Below, one piece after another: positions 1-8,626 of a DNA stretch of 58,779 bases. Under the pieces are notes generated by a model, which worked only from the letters and a program-made list of their open reading frames with translations, was not told the DNA's origin and did not search any database. Source of the DNA: Candidatus Desantisbacteria bacterium CG1_02_49_89 (GTDB lineage Bacteria > Desantisbacteria > UBA1551); contig MNUP01000123.1 of the NCBI GenBank assembly GCA_001871075.1, positions 1 to 58,779 of the forward strand, in the 5' to 3' direction. Made by a program: the position numbers and the translations under genes. Each line of letters starts with the position of its first letter. Positions within the stretch are counted from its first letter, which is position 1.

Positions 1-63
1 TACTACCCGATGATCCTAATCTACTTAAGTATTTGAAATCACTTTCCAAGTATCCATTTGAAC

Positions 64-233
64 CTAGTGTGGTGTCACATAAATCCCTTGACATTTGATT
101 CTGCTTTGAGTTGTCATTGCGAGCGACCAAAGGGAGCGTGGCAATCTCGATTTTTAGGTCGAGATTGCTTCGTCGTTAACACTCCTCGCAATGACAGCCC
201 AAATGTAAAGATCTGTTAGAGACACCACACTAG
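64..233. mobile_element. MITE-A copy 1 (170 bp, CTAG-bounded, internal RPE-like palindrome)
   Basis: Terminal inverted repeats CTAGTGTGGTGTC...GACACCACACTAG. Internal GTCATTGCGAG...GCAATCTC..GAGATTGC...CTCGCAATGAC. A near-identical copy is at 47074-47243. Confidence 0.9.
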
Positions 234-332
234 CTCTTTTGTCAATTGGTTCGTATTCACTCCGTTTATCTTACGAGATAATTATAGGCATAATTATATC
301 TATGTTTATTCTTGCCGGAATATATTATGTAG

Positions 333-668
333 TAATTACCTGAAAAACGCACATTTTTGACAAATTTTCCGACGAGAGGGTGTTAATCCACAGATTACAC
401 TAACAGTGGTGTTTGTGGATTATGCATAAATATCTAAAAAAAATACAAATTCCCCTCGAAAGAACAGATTTTTTTACTTTAGAGAGTTACTTTTTCTTCA
501 ATAATTTGCAAATCAATAAAGAGAGCTTTCTTTTGTTATACTCGGGAAACAACCTTAGAAATGTTTATTATCCTATAACATTCTAAACAATTTGCAAAGT
601 CTCTTAATGAGAGATCCGACGAGAAGTGATAAAAATATAGGATGTTTTATGCGTTTTTCAGGTAATTA
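333..668. mobile_element. MITE-B / internally deleted IS relic
   Basis: Perfect 19-bp terminal inverted repeats TAATTACCTGAAAAACGCA (333-351) and TGCGTTTTTCAGGTAATTA (650-668). AT-rich interior with no ORF in the track. Confidence 0.75.
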
Positions 669-886
669 GATGGTATATTCGTATGGATCGATTATTTAAG
701 AAAAGCCTGCAGGAGAAGGAATTACAATTTTTGGGAAAAGCTTATTGTCCACGGTGCAGAAAATATTTTAAAGAAGTAGATTTTTCTATGGAGGTATGTC
801 CATACTGCGGAACCCCGCTATTAAAACAAAAGGATAACGAATAACATAGCACCTCTTTTATAATACACGATCGACAGTTTAGAGTT

Positions 887-922
887 AAAAAATAAACCGG
901 AGATACGATCCGGTTTTTTATT
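887..922. terminator. Bidirectional intrinsic terminator (diverged duplicate at 2960-2997)
   Basis: A-run, AAACCGGA-GATACGA-TCCGGTTT hairpin, then T-run. Confidence 0.6.
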
Positions 923-940
923 TATATTGTTGACTCGACC

Positions 941-970
941 AAAAAAGGGCCCTCATTTCTGAGAGCCCTT
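941..970 (-). terminator. Intrinsic terminator for the brnT/brnA-like pair
   Basis: GGGCCCTCA..TGAGAGCCC hairpin preceded by an A-run (T-run on the minus strand). Confidence 0.5.
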
Positions 971-1006
971 CGGTAAATCAATGCCCTAAATCAGGCTAAA
1001 ATAAAT

Positions 1007-1303
1007 TTAGACAGCCGTTTTTTGCTTTAAATGAGCCGCTTCATATTTGAGCCGTTCTATTATCCACACCCTGACCAATGTCCCGTATCCTATACCAACA
1101 CTGGAAGCCAGCTGTTTAAGCGCCTGGATCCTTCCTTCCTCCAGCAATACAGGAACCGCGTGCTTTTTGGGTTTAGGAAAATCAGCCCGTGTTTCTTCCA
1201 ACCCGCCGGCAAAATCAACAAAACTATGTTCATCCCAAAATTTTGCTTCGGACTCTTCTGTTTTGAATTTCGGTATTTTTCTCATTCTTAGATCCCTCCT
1301 CAT
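1007..1303 (-). CDS. BrnA/CopG-like antitoxin
   Basis: KIPKFKTEESEAKFWDEH and GIGYGTLVRVWI motifs. Overlaps the upstream toxin gene by 4 nt. The start may be 1285. Confidence 0.8.
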   Translation of the reverse strand: MRRDLRMRKIPKFKTEESEAKFWDEHSFVDFAGGLEETRADFPKPKKHAVPVLLEEGRIQALKQLASSVGIGYGTLVRVWIIERLKYEAAHLKQKTAV

Positions 1304-1569
1304 TTCTTTTTCCTCTCAAAAAGATTTCTTTCTTTGTAATCCATATCTCTTGCCGTGATAACCCGCACCGCACCTTTCCCTTTAGGTATTAGTACGACAG
1401 ACAAATATCTTCCTGCATCGCTTCTGCCCAGTGCCAAATAACGGCCTTCCCTTGTCTTGAGCAGTACGGGGTTGTTATAACAGGCTTCTTCCACTTCGTT
1501 TGGTATTACCTCATGCCTTAAAATGTGGGAGGTATTTTCTGAATCCCACTCATACGTTTTAAATTTCAC
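1300..1569 (-). CDS. BrnT family toxin
   Basis: YEWDSENTSHILRH...GRYLALGRSDAGRYLSVV...VRVITARDM..KER is a typical BrnT pattern. Confidence 0.85.
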   Translation of the reverse strand: MKFKTYEWDSENTSHILRHEVIPNEVEEACYNNPVLLKTREGRYLALGRSDAGRYLSVVLIPKGKGAVRVITARDMDYKERNLFERKKK

Positions 1570-1580
1570 TATACCCTACC

Positions 1581-1622
1581 TTTCTATATATAATATTATA
1601 TAGAAAATCTATATAATGTCAA
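1581..1622 (-). promoter_or_regulatory. Sigma70 promoter with overlapping operator palindrome for brnTA
   Basis: Minus-strand TTGACA (1622-1617) and TATAAT (1600-1595). A perfect 10-bp inverted repeat TTTCTATATA-N6-TATATAGAAA (1581-1606) overlaps the -10 box. Confidence 0.65.
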
Positions 1623-1669
1623 GGAAAAAATGATTTTAAACTTAGTGGCGGCCGAACCCCTTCAAAACC

Positions 1670-2074
1670 GCAAAAGCACGCTGAGAGGGGTGCGGCAATC
1701 TAGATGCGAGATTGCTTTGTCGCTCCAAAATGCTTCCCTCCGCAGTTCCGATCCCTGCCCCGCCACAAATATTGGCGGGTAACGCAGGGACTTTCGGGTC
1801 AGAGCTAAACCTATGACCCTACAGTCGGAACTATAAGTGAGGTAACCCCCGCAGTTCGTTATTTAGTATCCCCCCAAGCCCCTTCGGGGCTAAAAAAGAG
1901 GACCTTCGCCCGCCAATAATCGTGGCGGGCTACGGCGCGGGGGTTTCGCTCCCAGCGAAAGGGCCTGCGAGCCAGAGCCCCGCCAGCTCCTAAGGAGCTT
2001 AACGGCGGGATCTACGGGTCAGGACTGAGCCAATGACCCTACGGCTGGGTTGATGGCTCTACTGCCGCAATGAC
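1670..2074. repeat. RPE-like palindrome expanded by multiple nested hairpin insertions
   Basis: GGCAATCTAG..GAGATTGC near 1695-1717 and closing CGCAATGAC near 2066-2074. They are separated by ~330 bp of hairpins (CCCGCC-N-GGCGGG x3, GGGTCA..TGACCC x2, GCCCCTTCGGGGC). Confidence 0.6.
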
Positions 2075-2113
2075 AAATGAGTGCTGAAAATTTCAAAAAA
2101 ACCGGCGTTTTAC

Positions 2114-2142
2114 TTGACAAAACGATACATTTATGATACACT
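2114..2142 (+). promoter_or_regulatory. Sigma70 promoter of the relBE-like pair
   Basis: TTGACA-17 nt-TACACT with an extended -10 TG. GGAGG ribosome-binding site follows. Confidence 0.6.
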
Positions 2143-2161
2143 ATTGTTGGAGGTGATGATA

Positions 2162-2386
2162 ATGGCAGTTGAAAGATTGCTCGTGGTCTTGGACCCACCA
2201 ACAAAAAACCGTTTAAAAGAAATGTCCCGCAGGAATAAAGTTTCTGTATCTTCTATCGGGAGAGATCTTATTAAAGAAGCATTGGAACTTCATGAAGGTA
2301 TATACTGGGACGGGGTTGCATCTGAGAGAGAGAAAAGTTTTTCTAAACAAACTGCTTTAACACATAAAAAAGTCTGGAGGAAATAA
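2162..2386 (+). CDS. RHH antitoxin (RelB/CopG-like)
   Basis: SVSSIGRDLIKEALELHEG...LTHKKVW. Lies directly upstream of RelE, with a GGAGG RBS. Confidence 0.8.
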   Translation: MAVERLLVVLDPPTKNRLKEMSRRNKVSVSSIGRDLIKEALELHEGIYWDGVASEREKSFSKQTALTHKKVWRK

Positions 2387-2707
2387 ATGCAGGCAGTTTA
2401 TCACCCCAAAGTCCTTTCTGAAGATATCCCCAGACTTAATAAAAACATTGCTGAAAGAATAAAAAAAGCGATAGAACAAAGATTAATGGCGGCTCCTGAG
2501 AAATATGGGGCAAGATTAAGAAAAGGATTGGGGGGTTATTGGAAATTGAGAGCCGGTGATTATAGAGTTATTTACAAAATCGCCGAAAGCAGGCACTCTG
2601 CCGAAATTAGGCCCTTTGGAAGGGGAAGTGTAGAACAGGAAGTTAGAATTATGGTCATCGGTCATAGAAAAGATGTTTATTCTGAAGCAGGCAGCCGTAT
2701 CTACTGA
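2387..2707 (+). CDS. RelE/ParE family toxin
   Basis: GYWKLRAGDYRVIYKI...VIGHRKDVY. Carries an extra ~15-aa in-frame insertion. Confidence 0.85.
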   Translation: MQAVYHPKVLSEDIPRLNKNIAERIKKAIEQRLMAAPEKYGARLRKGLGGYWKLRAGDYRVIYKIAESRHSAEIRPFGRGSVEQEVRIMVIGHRKDVYSEAGSRIY

Positions 2708-2731
2708 GAATCGTATAATACCTTGACAGTT

Positions 2732-2910
2732 GTCTTTGCGAGCCGAAGCCGCGAGCTGAAACCACGAGCAAAGCGTGGTGGGCAGCGTGGCGGGCAAGCG
2801 AAGTCCCAAAGGTCCCAAGGGGATCCCTTTGGGAGATCCCCTTGGGACAATCCCGTTTTTAACAACGGGATTGCCACGGGCTTTGCCTGCAGCTATGCCT
2901 GCACAATGAC
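2732..2910. repeat. RPE-like palindrome with nested inserts (shares an insert with 17126-17240)
   Basis: GTCTTTGCGAG...CAATCCC..GGGATTGCCACG...CAATGAC, containing CCGCGAGCTGAAACCACGAGCAAAGCGTGGTGGGCAGCGTGGCGG and a TCCCAAGGGGATC..GATCCCCTTGGGA hairpin. Confidence 0.65.
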
Positions 2911-3192
2911 ATCAAAAAGCGTCAACTAATTAAGCGAACATCTGTAGATAATCGGTTAATAAAAAAAGAGCCGGAGATACGATCCAGTTTTTTTATTCAA
3001 TCACGGGAAACAGGGCAGAAGAGCCGGCCAGAAGTATAAGGGAGAACAGTTCCGATCCCTGTAGCCCAGATAAATCGGGGCTTAACACAGGGACCTGCGA
3101 GCCAGAACGAGGCTGATGGCTCTTCGGCCCGGACAGAAAAAAACCTCAAAAAGCCGCAAATCTCAGAAAAAAAGAAAAAATTACGTTTTTAC

Positions 3193-3220
3193 TTGACAAA
3201 AAAATAAAATGTGATATAAT
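3193..3220 (+). promoter_or_regulatory. Sigma70 promoter of the rex-hydrogenase operon
   Basis: TTGACA-16 nt-TATAAT with an extended -10 TG. Confidence 0.75.
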
Positions 3221-3234
3221 TTATCTTAATTAAC

Positions 3235-3252
3235 TTGTGAATAATTTCACAA
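3235..3252. promoter_or_regulatory. Rex operator
   Basis: TTGTGAA-TAAT-TTCACAA is a perfect match to the TTGTGAANNNNTTCACAA Rex consensus, just downstream of the promoter and upstream of rex. Confidence 0.9.
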
Positions 3253-3277
3253 AGTCCGCAGCAGACCCGCCGGAATC

Positions 3278-3907
3278 ATGAATTTTAAAAAAGTTCCTCT
3301 TACCGCGATCAGGCGGCTTTCCATTTACGCGAGGATGCTCGCGGGACTTGAAGCGGATGGAAAGCAGCAGGTTTCTTCAAGGGATCTGGGAGAAACAGCA
3401 AGCATACCTTCCACGCAGGTCCGCAAAGACCTCGCGTATTTCGGGCAGTTCGGCAAAAGAGGAAGCGGCTATTCGGTAAAGGAACTGGGCTTCAGGCTGA
3501 GGAAGATCCTGGGCATTGACCGCGCCTGGAATGTCGCGCTTGTGGGCGCGGGGAACCTCGGAAGGGCGCTCTTTTCTTACCCGGGGTTTAGCAAGCAGGG
3601 TTTCCGCATAGTCGCGGTTTTTGACAACAGCCCCGGCAAGGTCAACAAGTCCTGGAAAGGCACCAGGATACAGAGCATAAAAGAGTTAAGTAAGACGGTA
3701 AGGGAAAAGAATATATCCATCGGAATAGTAGCTGTGCCTGCGTCAGGCGCCCAGGAAGTCGCGGACGAAATGTGCAAAGCAGGAATAAAAGCAGTGCTCA
3801 ATTTCGCGCCTAAAAGGCTGAAAGTACCGACGGGCTGCATGCAGGCGAACGTTGATTTAGCGATTGAACTCGAAAATTTTTCCTATTACCTTTCAAAACT
3901 CAGATGA
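3278..3907 (+). CDS. rex: Redox-sensing transcriptional repressor Rex
   Basis: RRLSIY, QVRKDLAYFGQFGKRGSGY, VGAGNLGRAL and LNFAP motifs. Confidence 0.97.
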   Translation: MNFKKVPLTAIRRLSIYARMLAGLEADGKQQVSSRDLGETASIPSTQVRKDLAYFGQFGKRGSGYSVKELGFRLRKILGIDRAWNVALVGAGNLGRALFSYPGFSKQGFRIVAVFDNSPGKVNKSWKGTRIQSIKELSKTVREKNISIGIVAVPASGAQEVADEMCKAGIKAVLNFAPKRLKVPTGCMQANVDLAIELENFSYYLSKLR

Positions 3908-4965
3908 AAACCTTCTTTTTAACCCAACCGGACCTAAATAAATTCCTGGCTTCCATGCTTGGCAAGGGCTGTGAACTGTTCGCTCCGTTCAGGGTGATGG
4001 ACAGCATACGCCTTGAAAAGATCAATGACGCTTCAAAGCTGGGCGAGATCGTTCTTGACGGGGTCAGGGCTGACCAGCCGATGAAGTCCTTTTTCTTCTA
4101 CACCAAAGAAACAGTCGCAATCCTGCCGAAATCAGCGGCAAATCCCAATAAACCAGTAAAAAGACTTATAGTCGGCGCGAAGGGATGCGATCTGCATGCC
4201 CTTAAAGCGTTTGACAAGGCATACCTTGAAGAGGGTATAGTGCCTGAGCCTTTCTACCAGGAAAGAAGGCAGTCCACGTACATAATCGGCAGCGACTGCG
4301 GCTATTGCTTAGATTCGTGCTTCTGCACTTTGCTGGGTTCAAAACCGTTCCCGGTCGAAGGTTTTGACCTCAACCTTTCAAGCGCGGATGGCGGGTTCGT
4401 GATGGACGTGGGTTCGGACAAAGGCGAGGAGCTTATTGACGAGATGGGCAGGAGCGGGATCTCCGTCTCCGAAGTGCTTTCGCAGCAGATAGACGCGAGG
4501 AACAGGAAAAGGGATGAACTTACAAAACGCCTGGCAGAGGCAAATAAAGAGTTCGAGGTGCCTAAAAAATTCGATGACCTGTGCAGGCTTGCTTTCAATT
4601 CAGAGGTATGGAAAGGCCTTGCGGACGAGAAATGCGTCCAGTGCAACGGATGCCTGCATACCTGCCCCACCTGTTACTGTTTCCTTCTTTACGACACGAA
4701 GAAACAGGATATTTCTGAAAGGGTGAGGATATGGGACGCGTGCATAAACTCGGGTTACGGAAGGGTGGCAGGGGGAGCGAACCCGCGCCCGACTTTACAA
4801 GCCAGGCTGCGCCACAGGTTCTTCCACAAGTTCCTGTATTTCTTTGACAATTTCAATATGTTCGCGTGCAGCGGGTGCGGCAGGTGCTTCAATGTGTGCC
4901 CTGGCAAGATCGAAATACGCGACACCTTTAGACAGATTAGCTCAAAGGTCAAAGCTCAAAGCTGA
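3904..4965 (+). CDS. AsrA / sulfhydrogenase beta-like 4Fe-4S protein
   Basis: GAKGCDL, CVQCNGCLHTCPTCYCF, RHRFFHKF and CSGCGRCFNVCP motifs. Confidence 0.85.
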   Translation: MKTFFLTQPDLNKFLASMLGKGCELFAPFRVMDSIRLEKINDASKLGEIVLDGVRADQPMKSFFFYTKETVAILPKSAANPNKPVKRLIVGAKGCDLHALKAFDKAYLEEGIVPEPFYQERRQSTYIIGSDCGYCLDSCFCTLLGSKPFPVEGFDLNLSSADGGFVMDVGSDKGEELIDEMGRSGISVSEVLSQQIDARNRKRDELTKRLAEANKEFEVPKKFDDLCRLAFNSEVWKGLADEKCVQCNGCLHTCPTCYCFLLYDTKKQDISERVRIWDACINSGYGRVAGGANPRPTLQARLRHRFFHKFLYFFDNFNMFACSGCGRCFNVCPGKIEIRDTFRQISSKVKAQS

Positions 4966-5223
4966 AAGCTGAAAGTTAAAAGCTATAAGATTTCCACGAA
5001 AACACTCCGCCCGTCTTTCAGCGGGCGAGACTTCACCCACCTAAAAGGATGGGCGAGGAAATCACGAAACAAACTTAACCACACGATTTCACACGATTTC
5101 CACAAGATTAATCTTCTACTTGACTCTTGACACTTAGCTTGCCCGCCAATCTTGCTGGGCGGGACTCTTGATACTAAAGATAATCACTGTAATCTCTTTT
5201 AAAATCATCGTAATCAGGATCTA

Positions 5224-6054
5224 ATGGAAAAGAACCCGTACCAGCCCATAGAGGCAAAATTATTGGACGTAATAACAGAAACCTCCAACATCAAGACTTT
5301 CGTGCTGCAGCCGCTTGAGGACATAGGGTTCAAAACCGGCCAGTTCATGGAGGTCACCTGCCCGGGCGTGGGAGAAGCTCCGTTCACGCCTTCGTCATCA
5401 CCCTTTATAAAGGAAAAGCTTGAGTTCACGATTATGAAAGCAGGCAGCGTAACAGCCGCCCTGCATGACATGAAGCCCGGGACAATCTTGGGTTTGCGCG
5501 GCCCGTTCGGTAAAGGCTACCCTCTTGAGGATTTTGAGGGAAAAGACGTGCTCATCGTGGGCGGGGGCGTGGGCCTTGCTCCCTTAAGGTCTTTGCTTCT
5601 TACTCTGTTAGAGGAAAGGAAAAAATACAAGAAAATACTGCTGAACTACGGCGCAAAGACACCGAACGACATCGTTTACAAGGGCTGCGTGTGCGGTTGG
5701 TGCGAGATAAAGCCAACGCTTGACGTGAGGCTCACGGTTGACAGTGATGACAACAACGAGCGGCCGAAAGGATGCGGGGTTGGGCTTGTGACAACCACGT
5801 GCGACGACCTTCCGTTAGACCCGAAAAAAAGCATAGCGATCGTGTGCGGCCCGCCTATCATGATGAAATTCACGACACTGAAGCTGCTGGACTGCGGCTA
5901 TGTACCAAAACATATATATCTTTCAATGGAAAAGAACATGTCATGCGGCCTGGGAATATGCGGTCACTGCATGCTGGACAAATACTTCTGCTGTAAGGAC
6001 GGGCCGGTTTTTACATACGAGCAGCTGAAGGACATTCCGGACATCTGGGCGTAG
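5224..6054 (+). CDS. AsrB / sulfhydrogenase gamma-like FAD/NAD(P)-binding 2Fe-2S subunit
   Basis: GQFM, GEAPF, RGPFGKGY, GGGVGLAPL, VCGPPIMM and MSCGLGICGHC..CKDGPVF motifs. Confidence 0.9.
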   Translation: MEKNPYQPIEAKLLDVITETSNIKTFVLQPLEDIGFKTGQFMEVTCPGVGEAPFTPSSSPFIKEKLEFTIMKAGSVTAALHDMKPGTILGLRGPFGKGYPLEDFEGKDVLIVGGGVGLAPLRSLLLTLLEERKKYKKILLNYGAKTPNDIVYKGCVCGWCEIKPTLDVRLTVDSDDNNERPKGCGVGLVTTTCDDLPLDPKKSIAIVCGPPIMMKFTTLKLLDCGYVPKHIYLSMEKNMSCGLGICGHCMLDKYFCCKDGPVFTYEQLKDIPDIWA

Positions 6055-6087
6055 TTAATTGCAGGGTCAATCCCTGCAATTAACTAC
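6051..6087. repeat. GTAG..CTAC REP-like hairpin supplying the stop codon of the upstream gene
   Basis: GTAGTTAATTGCAGGG-TCAAT-CCCTGCAATTAACTAC forms a perfect 16-bp stem. Confidence 0.7.
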
Positions 6088-6228
6088 CAGTTAAAGGTTA
6101 AAAGTTAAAGGTTAAAAGTTTACCACATAAACTATATAAACTGCATCCGCAACCACGGATTAACTCGGATTAGCACGGATTGTAACTCTGTAAAGTTTAT
6201 AAACTATATAAACTATGGAAACTAAAAA

Positions 6229-6726
6229 ATGAGCAAAAGACTGTACATAGACCTGGAAATATGCAACAAGTGCCCGGAATGCGTGGTAAAGTGCTCCTAT
6301 CTTTACCATCCCGGCAATAACGGCATAACGCGGCTGCGTGAAGAAGGGGCGTTCAACGCGATATGCAGACTTTGCGACAACGCGCCCTGCGTAACTTCCT
6401 GCCCCAACGACGCGCTCAAGAGGGACGAGAAGCGCTTTATAACAAGGAGCGGGTTCAAGTGCACGGGCTGCCATTCCTGCGTAGCAGCCTGCCCGTTCGG
6501 CACCATATTCACGGAAACGATCCCGTTTACGAATTCGCAGTGCGACCTTTGCATAAAGATCCTGAAGGAAGGCGGGGAGCCGGCCTGCGTTCCGACATGC
6601 CCGTACGGGGCTCTGAAATTCGGCGAGTTCGCGGAATCTGCCGAGGAATTCAAGGTGTTCGTGGGAGAGAGGATGCTGGTGCGGGCGCTCCCGTGGAAAA
6701 AACCGCTGCCGGTCAAGAAAAAATAA
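6229..6726 (+). CDS. 4Fe-4S dicluster electron-transfer protein (HycB/CooF-like)
   Basis: CRLCDNAPCVTSCP, CTGCHSCVAACPFG and CDLC..PACVPTCP motifs. Confidence 0.85.
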   Translation: MSKRLYIDLEICNKCPECVVKCSYLYHPGNNGITRLREEGAFNAICRLCDNAPCVTSCPNDALKRDEKRFITRSGFKCTGCHSCVAACPFGTIFTETIPFTNSQCDLCIKILKEGGEPACVPTCPYGALKFGEFAESAEEFKVFVGERMLVRALPWKKPLPVKKK

Positions 6727-6728
6727 CC

Positions 6729-7682
6729 ATGGAAAACATATTTTTATACCTCTTGTATTTTGTTTTATTCTCAGTGCTGACAGCGGTCATCGGGCTTCTT
6801 GCCAGCTGGGTTGACAGGAAGGTTACCGCAAGGGTCCAGTACAGGGTGGGACCGCCCTGGTATCAGGGTTTTGCGGACTTCCTCAAGCTGATGGGCAAGG
6901 AAACCGTTGTGCCGGAAGGCGCCAGGTTCACCGGATTCCTGATTTCCCCGCTCATCGGGCTTGCCGGCATAGCGCTTGTTTCAGTCATCGTCTGGGTCGT
7001 AAACCTCAGACTGGCGTCTTCATTCGTGGGGGACCTGATAGTTGTCCTGTACCTCCTTGTCCTGCCTTCACTCGCTGTCATTCTGGGCGCTTCCGCTTCC
7101 CGCAACCCGCTGGCAGGCGTGGGCGCAAGCAGGGAGATGAAGCTGATGCTGGGGTACGAACTGCCGTTTGTCCTGGCAATGATAGTGCCGATTCTCAGGA
7201 GCGGGGGTATGCTCAAGCTGAACGACCTCCTGGTGTATCAGCAGAATAACGGGTCGTTCCTTTCCGGCGGTATAGCTGGAATAAGCATTTCAGGCGCTAT
7301 CGCGTTTATAACAGCGATTATCTGCATGCAGGCAAAACTCACCCTTGTTCCTTTCGACATCCCTGAGGCAGAGACGGAAATAATGGCGGGCGTCTACATT
7401 GAGTATTCGGGACCCGCGCTTGCCGTTTTCAAGCTCACAAAGGCAATGATGCTTTTTACGGTCCCGGCTTTCCTGATAACGGTTTTCTGGGGAGGGATGA
7501 ATTTCAGCTCGCCGATAAACTGGATCCAATCTATTCTTAAATATATCGTTTTACTGGTAATTATTATCCTCATCAGAAACACAAATCCCAGGCTGCGCAT
7601 AGACCAGGCGATGAAGTTCTTCTGGGGCAAGCTTAGTTTCCTTGCGATAGCTGCTCTGATCCTTGCGGTGTTCGGATTTTAA
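6729..7682 (+). CDS. Membrane subunit, NuoH/HycD-like
   Basis: DRKVTARVQYRVGPP, PFDIPEAETEI..G...EYSG and PRLRIDQ motifs. The start is ATG 6729, not 6363. Confidence 0.92.
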   Translation: MENIFLYLLYFVLFSVLTAVIGLLASWVDRKVTARVQYRVGPPWYQGFADFLKLMGKETVVPEGARFTGFLISPLIGLAGIALVSVIVWVVNLRLASSFVGDLIVVLYLLVLPSLAVILGASASRNPLAGVGASREMKLMLGYELPFVLAMIVPILRSGGMLKLNDLLVYQQNNGSFLSGGIAGISISGAIAFITAIICMQAKLTLVPFDIPEAETEIMAGVYIEYSGPALAVFKLTKAMMLFTVPAFLITVFWGGMNFSSPINWIQSILKYIVLLVIIILIRNTNPRLRIDQAMKFFWGKLSFLAIAALILAVFGF

Positions 7683-7767
7683 ACGTGTCAACGTATCAAC
7701 GTGTCAGCGTGTCAGAGTTTTAATCTGTGTAATCTCGCTTTTGAAATCTGTGTAATCGGCGGTTGAT

Positions 7768-8184
7768 ATGAATTTAAAGACGTGGGGACTGAAAAAATCT
7801 ATCTGGGTTTTTCATGTTTCAAGCGGCGCCTGCAATAACTGCGACATTGAGGTTCTGGACTGCCTCACCCCGAGGTTTGACATAGAGAGGTTCGGAATGG
7901 TGCTCGTGGGAAGCGTGCGCCACGCGGATGTCCTGCTCTGCTGCGGCTCGATTACGAAACAAGCAGCTCCCCGCATAAAGAGGCTGTATGAGCAGGCGGC
8001 AAAACCCTGTTTTGTGGTGGCAATCGGCGGGTGCGCCTGCTCCGGATGCATTTTTAAGGACAGCTATAACTTCGCGGGGCCCTATGATAAGATCATACCC
8101 GTGCACGCCTACATCCCGGGTTGCCCGCCCAAACCTGAGGCAATCCTGGCAGGGGCGGTAAAGCTGCTGAGCACCCTGAAATGA
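7768..8184 (+). CDS. Hydrogenase small subunit, NuoB/HycG-like
   Basis: [24 protein letters not shown] and IPGCPPKPE motifs. Confidence 0.92.
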   Translation: MNLKTWGLKKSIWVFHVSSGACNNCDIEVLDCLTPRFDIERFGMVLVGSVRHADVLLCCGSITKQAAPRIKRLYEQAAKPCFVVAIGGCACSGCIFKDSYNFAGPYDKIIPVHAYIPGCPPKPEAILAGAVKLLSTLK

Positions 8185-8194
8185 GGAAGTAACA

Positions 8195-8626
8195 ATGGAA
8201 AACATTATTAAAAAAGTTAAAGACGGGCTTGGTGGAAAAATCAAGAACTGGGAGGAAAAAAACCCCGGAAGAATTTATATTACCATTGACAAGGAAAACA
8301 TCAGGGAGACAGCGCGTTTTATTTTTGAGGACTGCAAGGCAAGGTTCATAATACTTACGGGGATTGACACGCCGCTCGGTTATGAAAATCTTTACCACTT
8401 TGATTTTGATTCAATCGGGACGGTTGTGACTGTAAAAACTCTGATTCCGAAATCCGCCCCGGAGATAGAATCAATCGCGACGATTATACCAGGGGCAAAC
8501 TTTATTGAAAGAGAAGTCTATGACATGCTCGGAATAAAGTTCATCGGCCATCCAGACCCGAGACGCCTGCTCCTTTCAGATGACTGGCCTGAAGGAGTCC
8601 ATCCGTTAAGGAGAGATTTTAAATGA
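8195..8626 (+). CDS. NuoC-like subunit
   Basis: [35 protein letters not shown]. Confidence 0.9.
   Translation: MENIIKKVKDGLGGKIKNWEEKNPGRIYITIDKENIRETARFIFEDCKARFIILTGIDTPLGYENLYHFDFDSIGTVVTVKTLIPKSAPEIESIATIIPGANFIEREVYDMLGIKFIGHPDPRRLLLSDDWPEGVHPLRRDFK

Larger units (their letters stand above)
1..844 (+). pseudogene. Degraded gene remnant (hydrophobic segment plus C-terminal zinc ribbon) interrupted by two MITEs
   Basis: Fragments lie in shifting frames: PDDPNLLKYLKSLSKYPFEP before the first MITE, hydrophobic YEIIIGIIISMFILAGIYYV between the MITEs, and AYCPRCRKYFKEVDFSMEVCPYCGTPLLKQKDNE* after them. Confidence 0.4.

Noticed and set aside
2723-2929. Small ORFs in repeat regions (also 2019-2204, 18510-18722, 18780-19250, 22600-22881, 24358-24636, 47164-47439)
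   Set aside because: They are translations of palindromic repeats or promoter modules.
6363-6728. N-terminal extension of the NuoH-like ORF
   Set aside because: It overlaps the real 4Fe-4S gene in another frame. The true start is ATG 6729.
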